Source of the DNA: Deltaproteobacteria bacterium
GTDB lineage: Bacteria; Myxococcota; Kuafuiibacteriia; Kuafuiibacteriales; Kuafuiibacteriaceae
Assembly: GCA_040218735.1 (NCBI GenBank)
Contig: JAVJQW010000018.1
Span: 275,455-339,454, forward strand
Length of the DNA: 64,000 nucleotides
Reading direction: 5' to 3'
The notes under the pieces are model-generated. The model was not told where the DNA came from and ran no database searches. It worked only from the letters and a program-made list of their open reading frames with translations. Position numbers and translations under genes: made by a program. Below, piece after piece: positions 1 through 12,728 of this stretch. Every line of letters starts with the position of its first letter. Positions within the stretch are counted from its first letter, which is position 1.

Positions 1-1
1 G

Positions 2-358
2 GCCGAAGCGCTGCCGGGGCTCGCCGCGGAGATGACGCTCGCGGCGCCGGTCGCGCTGATCTACCTGTGCGTCGCGCCGCCGGTGGTCTTCGGCGCGTTC
101 GTGACGGAGGGCCCGGCGATGGCGGCGTTGCTCGCGACCACCGGCGTCGCGAGCGCGATGCCGCTGTACCTCTTCACACGCGGCGCGCGTCAGTTGCCGT
201 ACATCACGGTCGGGCTGTTGATGTACGTCGCGCCGACGCTTCAGCTGTTGGTCGCCGTGATCGTGTACGGGGAGCCGTTCACGACGACCCACGCGGTGAC
301 GTTCGGATTCATCTGGGTCGCCATCGCGCTGTACGTGAGTGACCTGCGGAAGCGGTGA
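2..358 (+). CDS. rarD: RarD/EamA-family (DMT) transporter, C-terminal part (5' truncated by window)
   Basis: Hydrophobic helices with [13 protein letters not shown]...[32 protein letters not shown], matching the RarD C-terminal pattern; frame open to window edge. Confidence 0.75.
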   Translation, partial: AEALPGLAAEMTLAAPVALIYLCVAPPVVFGAFVTEGPAMAALLATTGVASAMPLYLFTRGARQLPYITVGLLMYVAPTLQLLVAVIVYGEPFTTTHAVTFGFIWVAIALYVSDLRKR

Positions 359-452
359 CGTCGCACGGCGTTGGATTCGTTGTACGCTGGGGCGCCGGCA
401 TGAACGCACGAGCTGAAGACGCGCGGCGCCGCCGCGGCGGTGGCGACGTCCC

Positions 453-2273
<1,821 letters not shown>

Positions 2274-2277
2274 AGAG

Positions 2278-2925
2278 ATGAGCGCGCATCGGCTACGCAT
2301 GGTCGTGACCCGTGCGTTCGTTGCAGCCGGTGCTCGAGGCGGGTACGTCTTCGCGTCGGCCTTGGGAGAGAGCGACACGCCACGAGCGGCGTCGGCGCGG
2401 GACGGCCTGACGCTCGAGAAGCTCTTCCGCGACCACGTGGACGATGTGCACCGGATCGTCGCCCGGCTCCTCGGCCCGGCGGCTTCGGACTCGGACATCG
2501 ACGACGTCGTGCAGCAGGTCTTCGTCGCGGTGCACTCCGCGCTCCCGCGTTTCCGCGGGGACTCGAAGGTGACCACGTGGCTCTACGGCATCGCGACGCG
2601 CACCGTGCTCGGGCACCTGCGGAGCGGGCGTCGCCACCGGCGCATGGTCGAGACGCTGGAGGCGATGACCCAGGTCCTCCCGGCCGAGACCGCTCACCCC
2701 GAAGCGCAGGCGGAGCGGCGCGAAGCGCTCCAGCGGGTGTGGCGCGCGCTGATGCAGATCAAACCGAAGAAACGCGTGGTGTTCCTGCTCTACCAGGTCG
2801 AGGGGCTCAGCGGTCGCGAGATCGCGGAGGCGCTCGACGTGCGCCCGGCGACCGTCCACACGCGGCTGTACCACGCGCGGCGTGAGCTCGACGCCGCGCT
2901 CGCGCGCGAGGAGACGCAGCGATGA
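2278..2925 (+). CDS. ECF RNA polymerase sigma factor
   Basis: Region 2 (DDVVQQVFVAVHSALPRFRGDSKVTTWLYGIA) and region 4 (LSGREIAEALDVRPATVHTRLYHARREL). Confidence 0.92.
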   Translation: MSAHRLRMVVTRAFVAAGARGGYVFASALGESDTPRAASARDGLTLEKLFRDHVDDVHRIVARLLGPAASDSDIDDVVQQVFVAVHSALPRFRGDSKVTTWLYGIATRTVLGHLRSGRRHRRMVETLEAMTQVLPAETAHPEAQAERREALQRVWRALMQIKPKKRVVFLLYQVEGLSGREIAEALDVRPATVHTRLYHARRELDAALAREETQR

Positions 2926-4130
2926 CGTGCCCGATGCGCGACGACCTCTACCGCTACCCGTGGCCGGGGATCACGGACGAAGAGCGGCGCTCCCTTCGCC
3001 AGCACACGTCGGGGTGTGAGGTCTGTCGGGCCACCGCGGTTCGGCTCGGCGATGCGTCGGAGCTGCTGGCGGCCGACCGCGCCGAGCTCGCCCCCGCGCG
3101 TCGCGTCGCGCTGTGGTCGGCGATCGAAGCCGAGACGAGCGGCCCGCGTTGGGGCTGGCCGGCGTTGGTGTTCGGCGTGGCGTTGGCCGTCGCGCTCCTG
3201 GTCGTCGTGCGCGCGCCGTCGGAGGACGCGTTCGTCGTCACGGGCGGGGAGCTCGTCGAGCCGTCGCGATCGCTCGTGTCGGGGGAGCGCCGTACCGCCG
3301 CGACGAACGTGCGCATCGAACGCGCCGCCGCGAAGCTCCAGCTCGCGGAAGGCACCGTCTTCACGCTGACGCCTCGTGACTTCGTGCGTGTCGAGCGCGG
3401 TCGACTCGACCTCGAGCTCGAGGGCGCCGAGAAGCTGGACGTCGAGATCCCCGTCGCACACGTCGCGTTCCTCGGCGACGGCGCGGCCGCGACGGTCGAC
3501 GTCGACGACGGCTTCGCGCGGGTCGAGGTCCACCGCGGACACGCACGGGTCACGCCCCGCGACGGGACGCCGCAGAGCGTCGAGGCGAAGCAACGATGGA
3601 CCCATCCGCCGCCCGAAGAGGCGCGCAAGCGACATCGCGCTCAGCTCGATCGAGCGCGTTCGATCGTCGCGGACGACGCGCCCGCTGCGCAGAAGATCGC
3701 GCAGGCCGTGCTGGAGCGCGATGCGGACGACGCCGAGGCGGTCGACGCGCTCGCACTGATCGCCGACGCCTATCGCCGCAGCGGCGAGCACCGGAGCGCC
3801 GCCGACTACTACGCGCAGGTCGCCGCCCACCCCGCCGGACGCGGCTACGCGGAGGAGGCGTTGCTGCGTCGCGCGAAGATGCTCCGCGCCGACGGCGACG
3901 ACGAAGCCGCGCTCGCCGCGCTCGAAGAAGCCGCGAGACGTTTCGCGGACGGCCCCCTCGCACCCGAGCGCGTCGCGCTCACGGTACACACGCTGACGGC
4001 GGTCGGGCGGTTCGACGAAGCGGCGCGTCGCCTCGAAGGCGCCGCGGACACGCCTGCGGTGCGCGCGGCGCGGGACGAGCTCGAAAACGCGCGACGAATG
4101 AAGAACTCGAAGGGGAGCGGCCACCCATGA
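2922..4130 (+). CDS. Anti-sigma-like membrane protein: HxxxCxxC zinc motif, TM helix, FecR-like domain, C-terminal TPRs
   Basis: HTSGCEVC (ZAS-type), TM PALVFGVALAVALLVVV, FecR-like VERGRLD...RVEVHRGHARV, TPR/YbgF-like helices; ATGA overlap with the sigma gene. Confidence 0.75.
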   Translation: MTCPMRDDLYRYPWPGITDEERRSLRQHTSGCEVCRATAVRLGDASELLAADRAELAPARRVALWSAIEAETSGPRWGWPALVFGVALAVALLVVVRAPSEDAFVVTGGELVEPSRSLVSGERRTAATNVRIERAAAKLQLAEGTVFTLTPRDFVRVERGRLDLELEGAEKLDVEIPVAHVAFLGDGAAATVDVDDGFARVEVHRGHARVTPRDGTPQSVEAKQRWTHPPPEEARKRHRAQLDRARSIVADDAPAAQKIAQAVLERDADDAEAVDALALIADAYRRSGEHRSAADYYAQVAAHPAGRGYAEEALLRRAKMLRADGDDEAALAALEEAARRFADGPLAPERVALTVHTLTAVGRFDEAARRLEGAADTPAVRAARDELENARRMKNSKGSGHP

Positions 4131-5749
4131 ACGTGAGACGCACAAAACCTCTGCTCCTCGTCCCGCTCCTGCTCGCGTCGTGCACGAAGGACTTCACGAT
4201 GCAGGAGGTCACGTCGACGCGCGTTTCGGCGTCGGCCGGCGGCATCGCGAAGAGTCACGACGGCCTCGTCGAGGTCGAGTTCGCGCCGGGCGCGCTCGCA
4301 GCGGACACCGACATTCGTATCGAAGCGAAGCGTGATCTCATGAGCTCCGAGATCGAGTCTCGCGCCGTCTACGATCTGGGACCCGACGGCCTCACCTTCG
4401 AAGGTCAGGTGACCGTTCGCTTCCGCGTGGACGCGGGGGGCGAGGAGCTCGTCGTCGTGAACCTCGACACCGGCGAGCCCGCCGAGATCGCGACCTCGTC
4501 TCACGACGTCGCGTCGGGCGTCGTCACCGCGCAGCTCGAGCACTTCTCGCTCTACGCGCTCATCCTTCGCTACCGAGCCTGCCGCAACAAGACTTGCGGT
4601 GACTCGTGTTCGCTGTGTCCGCCGTGGCGGCCGACGTGCACCGAGCCGCCCGGAGGTCCGCGGGTGTGTGGGCCGCAGGGCCTTTGCGTTGCGCAGTCGT
4701 CGCCCGAGGCGCTGTGCCACTACGACGGGGGCACGACGTCGCCGTTCCGCGACGGCGGTCCGCCGCGCGACGGCGGCGAGACGTCCGGGCTCGACACCGG
4801 CGTCTACGACGCGCCGATTCGGGACGGCAGCGTCTCCGGCGTCGTCACCGAGGTCGAGCCGAACAACACGTGGCAGGACGCACAGACCCTCGCCGTCGAC
4901 GTGGGGCTCCCCGCGACCGTGATCGCGTCGATCAACCCCGCGGGCGATCAGGACTACTTCGCGTTCATCGTCCCGCCGGGCCAGTCGATCGAGGTGCAAG
5001 CGACCACCTACGATCAAGCGCAACCCTACGGCTGCCTCACCGCCGACACGGTGCTCACGCTCTTCGACAACGCGCAGACCGAGCTCATGTCCAACGACGA
5101 CTACGGCGTCGGCGGCTGCTCGCGCGTGACCTCGGTGCTCCCGAGCGGACTGTATTATCTCCGCGTCCGCCAGTTCGCCGGACAGACGATCCCGAGCTAC
5201 CGACTTGAGGTCCTGTTCCGCCTCGTGGGCAGCGGCGGCGACGGTGGCGTGCGCGACGGCGCCGTCACACCCGCGGTCGACGCAGGCGTCGGCAGCGATG
5301 GCGGACCTGGACCGAGCGACGGAGGCCCCGGACCGAGCGACGGCGGTCCGACGCGCGACGGCGGCATCTCGACGTACTTCGAGTCCGAGCCGAACGACAC
5401 CCTCGCGCAGGCGAACTTCTACGGGCTCCCCGCAACCGTGGCGGGCGCGATCGACCCCGTCGGCGACGTCGATCTCTTCGTCTACACGATCCCCCCGACC
5501 GTCTCGCAGCTCTCGCTGACGACGTACACCCAGCTCGGGGATCCGACGGTCTGCGTCGGCGCGGACACCGTGTTGCGCCTCTTCGACGGAGCGGGCACCC
5601 AGCTCACCTCGAACGACGACTACAGCGGGCTCAGCTGCTCGCGAATCGTGTGGTCGGTGATGCCCGGCCAGACCTACTACTTCCGGGTCGAGCACTTCGG
5701 GAACAACGGGACGATCCCGAGCTACTTCCTCGACGCGTTCATCCAGTAG
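4127..5749 (+). CDS. Lipoprotein with ZU5-like domain, Cys-rich segment, DGG linkers and two PPC-like domains
   Basis: ATG at 4127 overlaps upstream stop; lipobox LLASC; ZU5-like ...PGALAADTDI...DLGPDGLTF...LEHFS; two E(V/S)EPN(N/D)T...GD(Q/V)D(Y/L)F...DTVL.LFD..NDD units. Confidence 0.7.
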   Translation: MNVRRTKPLLLVPLLLASCTKDFTMQEVTSTRVSASAGGIAKSHDGLVEVEFAPGALAADTDIRIEAKRDLMSSEIESRAVYDLGPDGLTFEGQVTVRFRVDAGGEELVVVNLDTGEPAEIATSSHDVASGVVTAQLEHFSLYALILRYRACRNKTCGDSCSLCPPWRPTCTEPPGGPRVCGPQGLCVAQSSPEALCHYDGGTTSPFRDGGPPRDGGETSGLDTGVYDAPIRDGSVSGVVTEVEPNNTWQDAQTLAVDVGLPATVIASINPAGDQDYFAFIVPPGQSIEVQATTYDQAQPYGCLTADTVLTLFDNAQTELMSNDDYGVGGCSRVTSVLPSGLYYLRVRQFAGQTIPSYRLEVLFRLVGSGGDGGVRDGAVTPAVDAGVGSDGGPGPSDGGPGPSDGGPTRDGGISTYFESEPNDTLAQANFYGLPATVAGAIDPVGDVDLFVYTIPPTVSQLSLTTYTQLGDPTVCVGADTVLRLFDGAGTQLTSNDDYSGLSCSRIVWSVMPGQTYYFRVEHFGNNGTIPSYFLDAFIQ

Positions 5750-5804
5750 CCGCGCCGATTTCGTTTGGTGCCCGGGCCGCACATCCCCTAGAAGAGGGGC
5801 CGTC

Positions 5805-7208
5805 ATGTCGAAGCTCCCGGTCATCGCGCCCGAGGCGGCTCCGCCCGAGCCTGCGTTCGATGGGCCGCTCGCCTACGCGTCGGCGCTCTCGCCGAAGCGC
5901 ATCTACGTCGACACCTTCGGTTGCCAGATGAACGCGCACGACTCGCAGCGCATGGTGAGCCTGATGGCGGGTGAGGGCTACGCGCCGACCGACACCCCCG
6001 ACGACGCCGATCTCATCGTCCTCAACAGCTGCAGCGTCCGCGAGAAGGCCGAGCAGAAGCTCCGCACGCGCGCCGGGCAGATGAAGCGCATCAAGCGGAA
6101 GAACCGCGACGTCGTCCTCGCGATCGGCGGCTGTGTCGCGCAGCAGGAAGGCCAGCGCATGATGGAGCGCATCCCGCAGGCGGACATCGTCTTCGGGCCC
6201 GACCACATCGCGAGCCTCCCGGACCTCGTGCGAAACGTTCGAGAGGATCGCCAGCGCATCCTGCGCACCGACTTCCTCGACCGCGAGGCGTACGCCTTCC
6301 CCGCGATCACCGACGAGAACCCCGCCGAGGTCAGCGCCTACGTCAGCGTGATGAAGGGCTGCGACAAGTTTTGCACCTTCTGCATCGTGCCGTTTACGCG
6401 CGGCCGCGAGGTGAGCCGATCGGCCGACGAGATCGTCGAAGAGGTAAAGAAACTCGCGGGGCAGGGCAGTAAGGAGATCGTGCTGCTCGGGCAGACGGTC
6501 AACAGCTATGGCCGCCGCAAGAAGGACGGCCACATCCCGTTCCACGAGTTGCTCGCGCGCGTCGCCAGCGTGGACGGCGTGGAGCGCGTTCGATTCACGT
6601 CGCCGCATCCGTCCGACTTCTCCGACGAGCAGATCCGCGCGTTCGCCGAGCTCCCCGAGCTGTGCCCGCACATGCACTTGCCGGTGCAGTCGGGCAGCAC
6701 GAAGGTCCTCACCGCGATGCGCCGCGGTTACACCCGCGAGGAGTTCCTCGCGATCACCGACCGCCTGAACGAAGTGGCGCCGCAAGTCGCGTTGACGACG
6801 GACATCATCGTCGGCTTCCCGGGCGAGACCGAGGAAGACTTCGAACAGACGCTCTCGCTCATGGAGCGCGTGAACTTCCAGGCGTCGTACTCGTTCGCCT
6901 ACTCGGAGCGGGTCGGGACCCGCGCGCTGCAGATCGAGCCGGAGGTGCCGCTCGAGGAGAGGATGCGCCGGTTGCACGTCCTCCAGGCGCTGCAGAACGC
7001 CCTCACCAAGAGGTGGCTGGACGGCATGGTCGGGCAGAAGCAGACCGTGATGATCGAGGGGCCCTCGAAGACCGACGCGACGCGGAGCACCGGGCGCAAC
7101 GGCCAGAACCGGCCCGTGCACGTGGACGGGACGTTCGCGCCGGGGACGATGCTCGAGGTCGAGATCGTCGAGGCCTTCAACCACTCGCTGCTGGGGCGCG
7201 CGGCGTGA
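5805..7208 (+). CDS. miaB: tRNA-2-methylthio-N6-dimethylallyladenosine synthase MiaB
   Basis: TFGCQMN, NSCSVREKAEQK, GGCVAQ, radical SAM GCDKFCTFC, HLPVQSGS, C-terminal TRAM domain. Confidence 0.96.
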   Translation: MSKLPVIAPEAAPPEPAFDGPLAYASALSPKRIYVDTFGCQMNAHDSQRMVSLMAGEGYAPTDTPDDADLIVLNSCSVREKAEQKLRTRAGQMKRIKRKNRDVVLAIGGCVAQQEGQRMMERIPQADIVFGPDHIASLPDLVRNVREDRQRILRTDFLDREAYAFPAITDENPAEVSAYVSVMKGCDKFCTFCIVPFTRGREVSRSADEIVEEVKKLAGQGSKEIVLLGQTVNSYGRRKKDGHIPFHELLARVASVDGVERVRFTSPHPSDFSDEQIRAFAELPELCPHMHLPVQSGSTKVLTAMRRGYTREEFLAITDRLNEVAPQVALTTDIIVGFPGETEEDFEQTLSLMERVNFQASYSFAYSERVGTRALQIEPEVPLEERMRRLHVLQALQNALTKRWLDGMVGQKQTVMIEGPSKTDATRSTGRNGQNRPVHVDGTFAPGTMLEVEIVEAFNHSLLGRAA

Positions 7209-7729
7209 GGGGCACGGTCCTCCCGTACCTGGACACCACGCCGAAGCTCGGGAGCGGCGTGTACCTCGCGCCCGGGTCGTTTGTGATCGGGGACGTCGAG
7301 ATTGGCGAGGACAGCTCCGTGTGGTTCAACACGGTCATCCGCGGGGACGTCTTCCCGATCCGCATCGGCGCCCGATCGAACGTTCAGGACAACTCGGTCA
7401 TCCACGTCACCACGGACAAGTTCTCCACGGTGATCGAGGACGACGTCACCGTCGGCCACAGCGTCACGCTGCACGGTTGCACCATCAAGTCGGGCGCGTT
7501 GATCGGGATGGGCGCGATCATCCTGGACCGCGCGGTCGTGGAAGAGGGCGCGCTCGTCGCGGCGGGTGCGTTGGTGCCGCAGGGGATGGTCGTCCCGGCG
7601 GGCATGGTCGCGATGGGATCGCCCGCGAAGATTCGACGGCCGGTCAGCGACGAGGAGCGCGAGTACCTCGCGTATGCGTCGGGCCACTACGTCGACATCG
7701 CGCGCAACTACCTGAACAATCTCGGTTGA
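7205..7729 (+). CDS. Gamma carbonic anhydrase family protein (YrdA/CaiE-like)
   Basis: GTG at 7205 overlaps the miaB stop; IGDVEIG..SSVWFNTVIRGD..IRIGARSNVQDNSVIH, VGHSVTLHGC hexapeptide repeats. Confidence 0.92.
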   Translation: MRGTVLPYLDTTPKLGSGVYLAPGSFVIGDVEIGEDSSVWFNTVIRGDVFPIRIGARSNVQDNSVIHVTTDKFSTVIEDDVTVGHSVTLHGCTIKSGALIGMGAIILDRAVVEEGALVAAGALVPQGMVVPAGMVAMGSPAKIRRPVSDEEREYLAYASGHYVDIARNYLNNLG

Positions 7730-7876
7730 GCGACCTTGCTCGCAGGTTGGGCCGCTGCTATCAAACGAGCGGCGCCGTCGCGGGATTTCGGGCCTAGCGC
7801 CCAAAATCGGGGCCGGGGAGATCGTTCGACGGGCGACCGTCGAACGGGGGGCGAGCCGCGGCGACGTCTTTGGTCG

Positions 7877-8353
7877 ATGTCGAACAACGCGGAGATCGTT
7901 CGGACGCTCAAGTCGGCCGCGCTGTTCAAGAACTTCACCGACACCGGTCTGCAGATCGTCGCTTCCATCGCGCAGACCAAACGCATCCCGCCGAACACAC
8001 CGCTCTTCGTCGAGAACATGATCGGCGAGGGCCTCTACGTCATCGCGGACGGGATGATCCGCCTCGCGGTGCGCGGACCGAACGGGCAGGAGACGACGCT
8101 GACGATGTTGTCCGCGGGGGACTCACTCGGCGAGGCCGCCATCCTCCGCCAGGGCCCGCGCCTGTGCTCGGCGACGGCGGAGGTGGAGTCGACGGTGTTG
8201 GAGATCACGCGCCGGGACATCGCGCTGCTCCAGCGCAGCAAACCGCAGGCGTGCCTCAAGCTGATGATGGGCGTGGTGGAGCTGATCGGCGAGCGGCTGC
8301 AGAAGGCCGACCCCGATTTCCGCCAATTCCTCGCGTGGCGACTCGACGTGTAG
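7877..8353 (+). CDS. Stand-alone cyclic nucleotide-binding domain protein
   Basis: LFKNF...LYVIADG...GDSLGEAAIL..GPRLCSATA; no C-terminal HTH; ATG at 7877 chosen over the upstream TTG. Confidence 0.85.
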   Translation: MSNNAEIVRTLKSAALFKNFTDTGLQIVASIAQTKRIPPNTPLFVENMIGEGLYVIADGMIRLAVRGPNGQETTLTMLSAGDSLGEAAILRQGPRLCSATAEVESTVLEITRRDIALLQRSKPQACLKLMMGVVELIGERLQKADPDFRQFLAWRLDV

Positions 8354-8366
8354 TGAAATAGAGAGC

Positions 8367-9260
8367 GTGGAGGCGTACACGCCACTCGACGCGCAGATCG
8401 ATGGGTACCTGTCCCATCTGCGCGTGGAGCGCTCGCTCGCGAAGAACACCCTCGAGGCGTACAGCCGGGACCTGTCGGACTTCGCGGGTTGGATGATCGA
8501 CGCAAAGGTCGCCGACGCGACGGCGATCGCCTCTCACCACGTCTCCGCCTGGGTTCGAAACCTCGCGAAGGCCGGCCTCAAGCCGAAGTCCCAGGCGCGC
8601 ATGCTGGTGGCGGTGCGCGGCTTCTTCAGGCACCTGGTGCGGACGCGGATCCTCGGCGAGGACCCCGCGGCCCTCGTCGACCTCCCCAAACAAGAGCGGA
8701 CGCTCCCGGATCCGGTGACCCTCGACGAGGTCATGGCGCTCCTGCGGGCAGCGTCGAACCCGCGCGATCGCGCCCTCGTGGTGCTGCTCTACGGCGCCGG
8801 GCTTCGGGTGAGCGAGGTGGTGGGGCTGGAGCTCGGTTCGATCTACCTCGACGCGGGGCTCATCCGCGTGCTCGGCAAGGGCAACAAGGAGCGCGTGGTG
8901 CCGATCGGCCAGGAGGTGATCGACGCGGTGCGCCGATACATCGAGGAGGACCGACCGAAGCGCCTCGCCGGCAAGACGAGCGACCACCTGTTCCCAGGGC
9001 GGGGCGGGCGCGGCAAGCTCACGCGGCAGGCCGCGTTTGCGCTGCTCAGGCGCCTGCAGGTCGCCGCCGGGCTCTCGCGGGACATCTCGCCGCACAAACT
9101 ACGCCACGCCTTCGCGACGCACCTCGTCCGGGGCGGCGCCGACCTCCGCTCGGTGCAGGCGATGCTCGGCCACGCGGACCTGCGGACTACGGAGGTCTAC
9201 ACCCACGTCGACAGCGACCACGTCCGCGCGACGTATGACCGCACGCACCCGCGATCCTGA
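8367..9260 (+). CDS. xerD: Tyrosine recombinase XerD
   Basis: ERSLAKNTLEAYSRDL N-terminus; catalytic R (GLRVSE), K (GKGNKER), HKLRH, LGH, Y (TTEVYTHV); ends THPR. Confidence 0.9.
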   Translation: MEAYTPLDAQIDGYLSHLRVERSLAKNTLEAYSRDLSDFAGWMIDAKVADATAIASHHVSAWVRNLAKAGLKPKSQARMLVAVRGFFRHLVRTRILGEDPAALVDLPKQERTLPDPVTLDEVMALLRAASNPRDRALVVLLYGAGLRVSEVVGLELGSIYLDAGLIRVLGKGNKERVVPIGQEVIDAVRRYIEEDRPKRLAGKTSDHLFPGRGGRGKLTRQAAFALLRRLQVAAGLSRDISPHKLRHAFATHLVRGGADLRSVQAMLGHADLRTTEVYTHVDSDHVRATYDRTHPRS

Positions 9261-9313
9261 AGGAAGGACTGATTGTCTCGCCCCGTAGAAGGGGCTACAA
9301 GGTTGGTTGGTCC

Positions 9314-9781
9314 GTGATGAAGCTCGAGACGAACCCGGCGTGGTCCACGATGGACGACGAAATCCTCGACCTGATGCTCGACGAAGCCGAGCGCACGATC
9401 TTCGAGGTGGAAGGCCGGACGGACGAACCCGGCCGGCGCCTCGTGACGATGGACGCCGACCCGCCCGGCGTGGCCGACCTGCGGCTCGCGATCGCGGAGC
9501 TGGTGGACGCCTACCCGGGCGTGCAGTTCGAGCTCGAGTCGGTGAGTGATCGCCTCCGGAACGTCGGCGCCCACGCGGCGACCGCGGAGCTGGAGTCCCG
9601 CCCGCACATCATGCACCTGGTGCGCCTCTCCCTGGAGGCGTTCTTCCGGCACTACCCGACCCTCGACGCCTACGAGGTCGACGCCACCCCGGACGATCCG
9701 GAAGACGACGCCCGCGCCCCGAGCGAGCTGTACGAGATGTACGGCCAGATCCTCGCGGCGCTCCGCGCGCGGCTCAGCTGA
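9314..9781 (+). CDS. Hypothetical protein (acidic, helical)
   Basis: Typical high-GC3 codon usage and plausible composition; no motif recognised. Confidence 0.7.
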   Translation: MMKLETNPAWSTMDDEILDLMLDEAERTIFEVEGRTDEPGRRLVTMDADPPGVADLRLAIAELVDAYPGVQFELESVSDRLRNVGAHAATAELESRPHIMHLVRLSLEAFFRHYPTLDAYEVDATPDDPEDDARAPSELYEMYGQILAALRARLS

Positions 9782-9872
9782 TCCGTTCCGCGTCCCCCCG
9801 CGAGCCTCACGATCTCCGCTGACCCGGGAACGGGTGTTTTCTCGGCATCGTGCTTCGACGCAACGATGTCAG

Positions 9873-10658
9873 ATGATGTGCGATAACTTCAGCGTGGACA
9901 TCAGCTGGCGTGGTCGTGGCCTCCCGGACGCCGTCCTGTCGGGCGTTCGTTCGATTCTCCAGGGACAGACGCCCAACCACGACCTCGCCGGGGCCATCAC
10001 AAGTGTGAGCAAGGCCGGCGACGGGCACTTCGAGCGGTTCCTCGCCAACGGCAAGCCGCTCTTCGAGCCGGACATCGGCGACCCATCGCTGATGGCGCTG
10101 TACGGGGACTTCGTGGTGCCGCGGACGGCCGAGGTCATCGCGCACGGCAGCGGCCACATCTCGCTTCGCGTGCGCTCCCGGTGGATCGACTTCCGCTGGG
10201 AGGATCCGAGCGTCCCGGACGAGGAGAAGCGGATCGTGCGCACCGACAAGGAGCTACGACCGACCCGCGTCCCGGCGATCGTTCACGCGTACGGTGGCCT
10301 CGCGTACGGCACATTGTTCTCGGGGACCGAGGCGGAGCTCGACGCGCTCGAGAAGGGGCTCCTCGAAGCGCCCGTGCCGATCCCGTTCGACTGGAGCGGC
10401 GATCGCGGGGAGACGTGTCTCAGCTACGCCGCGCGTCTCCTGGAGACGCACGCACCGCAGCTCGGCATCACGTACGAAGTCGACCCGCCGCGGTTCCTCC
10501 ACGCGCTGCGGAACAATCCCAACCGAAGGCTGACCACGGTCTATTCGAGCGAAGCGCAGAGCCTCTTCGGGTCGCAGGCCTTCTTGGATGCGTTGGCGCC
10601 GTACGTCGCCCACGCCGATGCGTTCGAACGCTCTGCGCGCAAACCCCTCTGGGCTTGA
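9873..10658 (+). CDS. Hypothetical protein, possibly permuted papain-like (His...Cys)
   Basis: 3' part of ORF 9546-10658 has coding-like codon usage; GHISLRV and GETCLSYA motifs; start uncertain (9873 or 9894). Confidence 0.6.
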   Translation: MMCDNFSVDISWRGRGLPDAVLSGVRSILQGQTPNHDLAGAITSVSKAGDGHFERFLANGKPLFEPDIGDPSLMALYGDFVVPRTAEVIAHGSGHISLRVRSRWIDFRWEDPSVPDEEKRIVRTDKELRPTRVPAIVHAYGGLAYGTLFSGTEAELDALEKGLLEAPVPIPFDWSGDRGETCLSYAARLLETHAPQLGITYEVDPPRFLHALRNNPNRRLTTVYSSEAQSLFGSQAFLDALAPYVAHADAFERSARKPLWA

Positions 10659-10664
10659 GCGACG

Positions 10665-12053
<1,389 letters not shown>

Positions 12054-12119
12054 TCGATAACTACCCTCGAATCGCTTCAACCGGCCGAGGCGCCGCATTA
12101 TTCGCGATGGGTCTCTTGG

Positions 12120-12728
12120 CTACGTGTCCTCGTCCTCGTCCTCGTCGTGCTCCGCCGGTGACGAAGGCGTGACCTCCGGCTCCGCCGGGTCCCGGTGCTT
12201 GTGCGCGTTCGGATCCCATCCGACGTCCTCGGCGTCCGCGAGCAACGATGCGTCTCCCTTTGGCGTGGGCACGTCGACCGGGCCGTAAACGGACTCGGAC
12301 CGGGCCACCGGCTCCTTGGGCACCGGCGCCGGCACACCCGCGAACCGCTTCATGGCCGCGTGGAACACAAACTCCGTCTTCCCGATCGAGAACTCGTCGC
12401 CGTCGATCAGGTTCAGCCGGCGGACCGTCCGCCCCGCGAACGTGATGCCGTTCTTGGAGCCCTGGTCCTGCAGCTTGAAGTAACCGCGGGCGTCCATCGT
12501 CAAAATCGCGTGGCGCCGCGAGACGAGCTCGTCGTCGAGCGCGAGGTCGACGTCCGCCGCCTTCCGCCCGATCACCATCTCGTCCTTCTCGATCGGGATC
12601 TCGACCTCGGGGACCCCCGGTCGACGCACCACCAACCGCGCGCCATCGATCGGCGCTGCGCTCGTCGGCTCCGTCAGGTGCGGAGGGAGAGTCGGCCACT
12701 TGCCGGTGGGCGCGCCCGCGTCGCTCAC
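12120..12728 (-). CDS. FHA domain protein with acidic tail
   Basis: VIGR...VSRRHA...DQGSKNG FHA signature; GTG start overlaps upstream stop. Confidence 0.88.
   Translation of the reverse strand: MSDAGAPTGKWPTLPPHLTEPTSAAPIDGARLVVRRPGVPEVEIPIEKDEMVIGRKAADVDLALDDELVSRRHAILTMDARGYFKLQDQGSKNGITFAGRTVRRLNLIDGDEFSIGKTEFVFHAAMKRFAGVPAPVPKEPVARSESVYGPVDVPTPKGDASLLADAEDVGWDPNAHKHRDPAEPEVTPSSPAEHDEDEDEDT

Noticed and set aside
8367-9260. Tyrosine recombinase as the integrase of a mobile element
   Set aside because: The sequence matches housekeeping XerD, it follows core genes, and no att repeats, tRNA or phage genes were seen.
5785-9295. Two similar mini-hairpins, CCCCTAGAAGAGGGG (5785-5799) and GCCCCGTAGAAGGGGC (9280-9295), upstream of genes
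   Set aside because: 5-bp stems are expected by chance at this GC content; TAGAAG may simply be a -10-like box.
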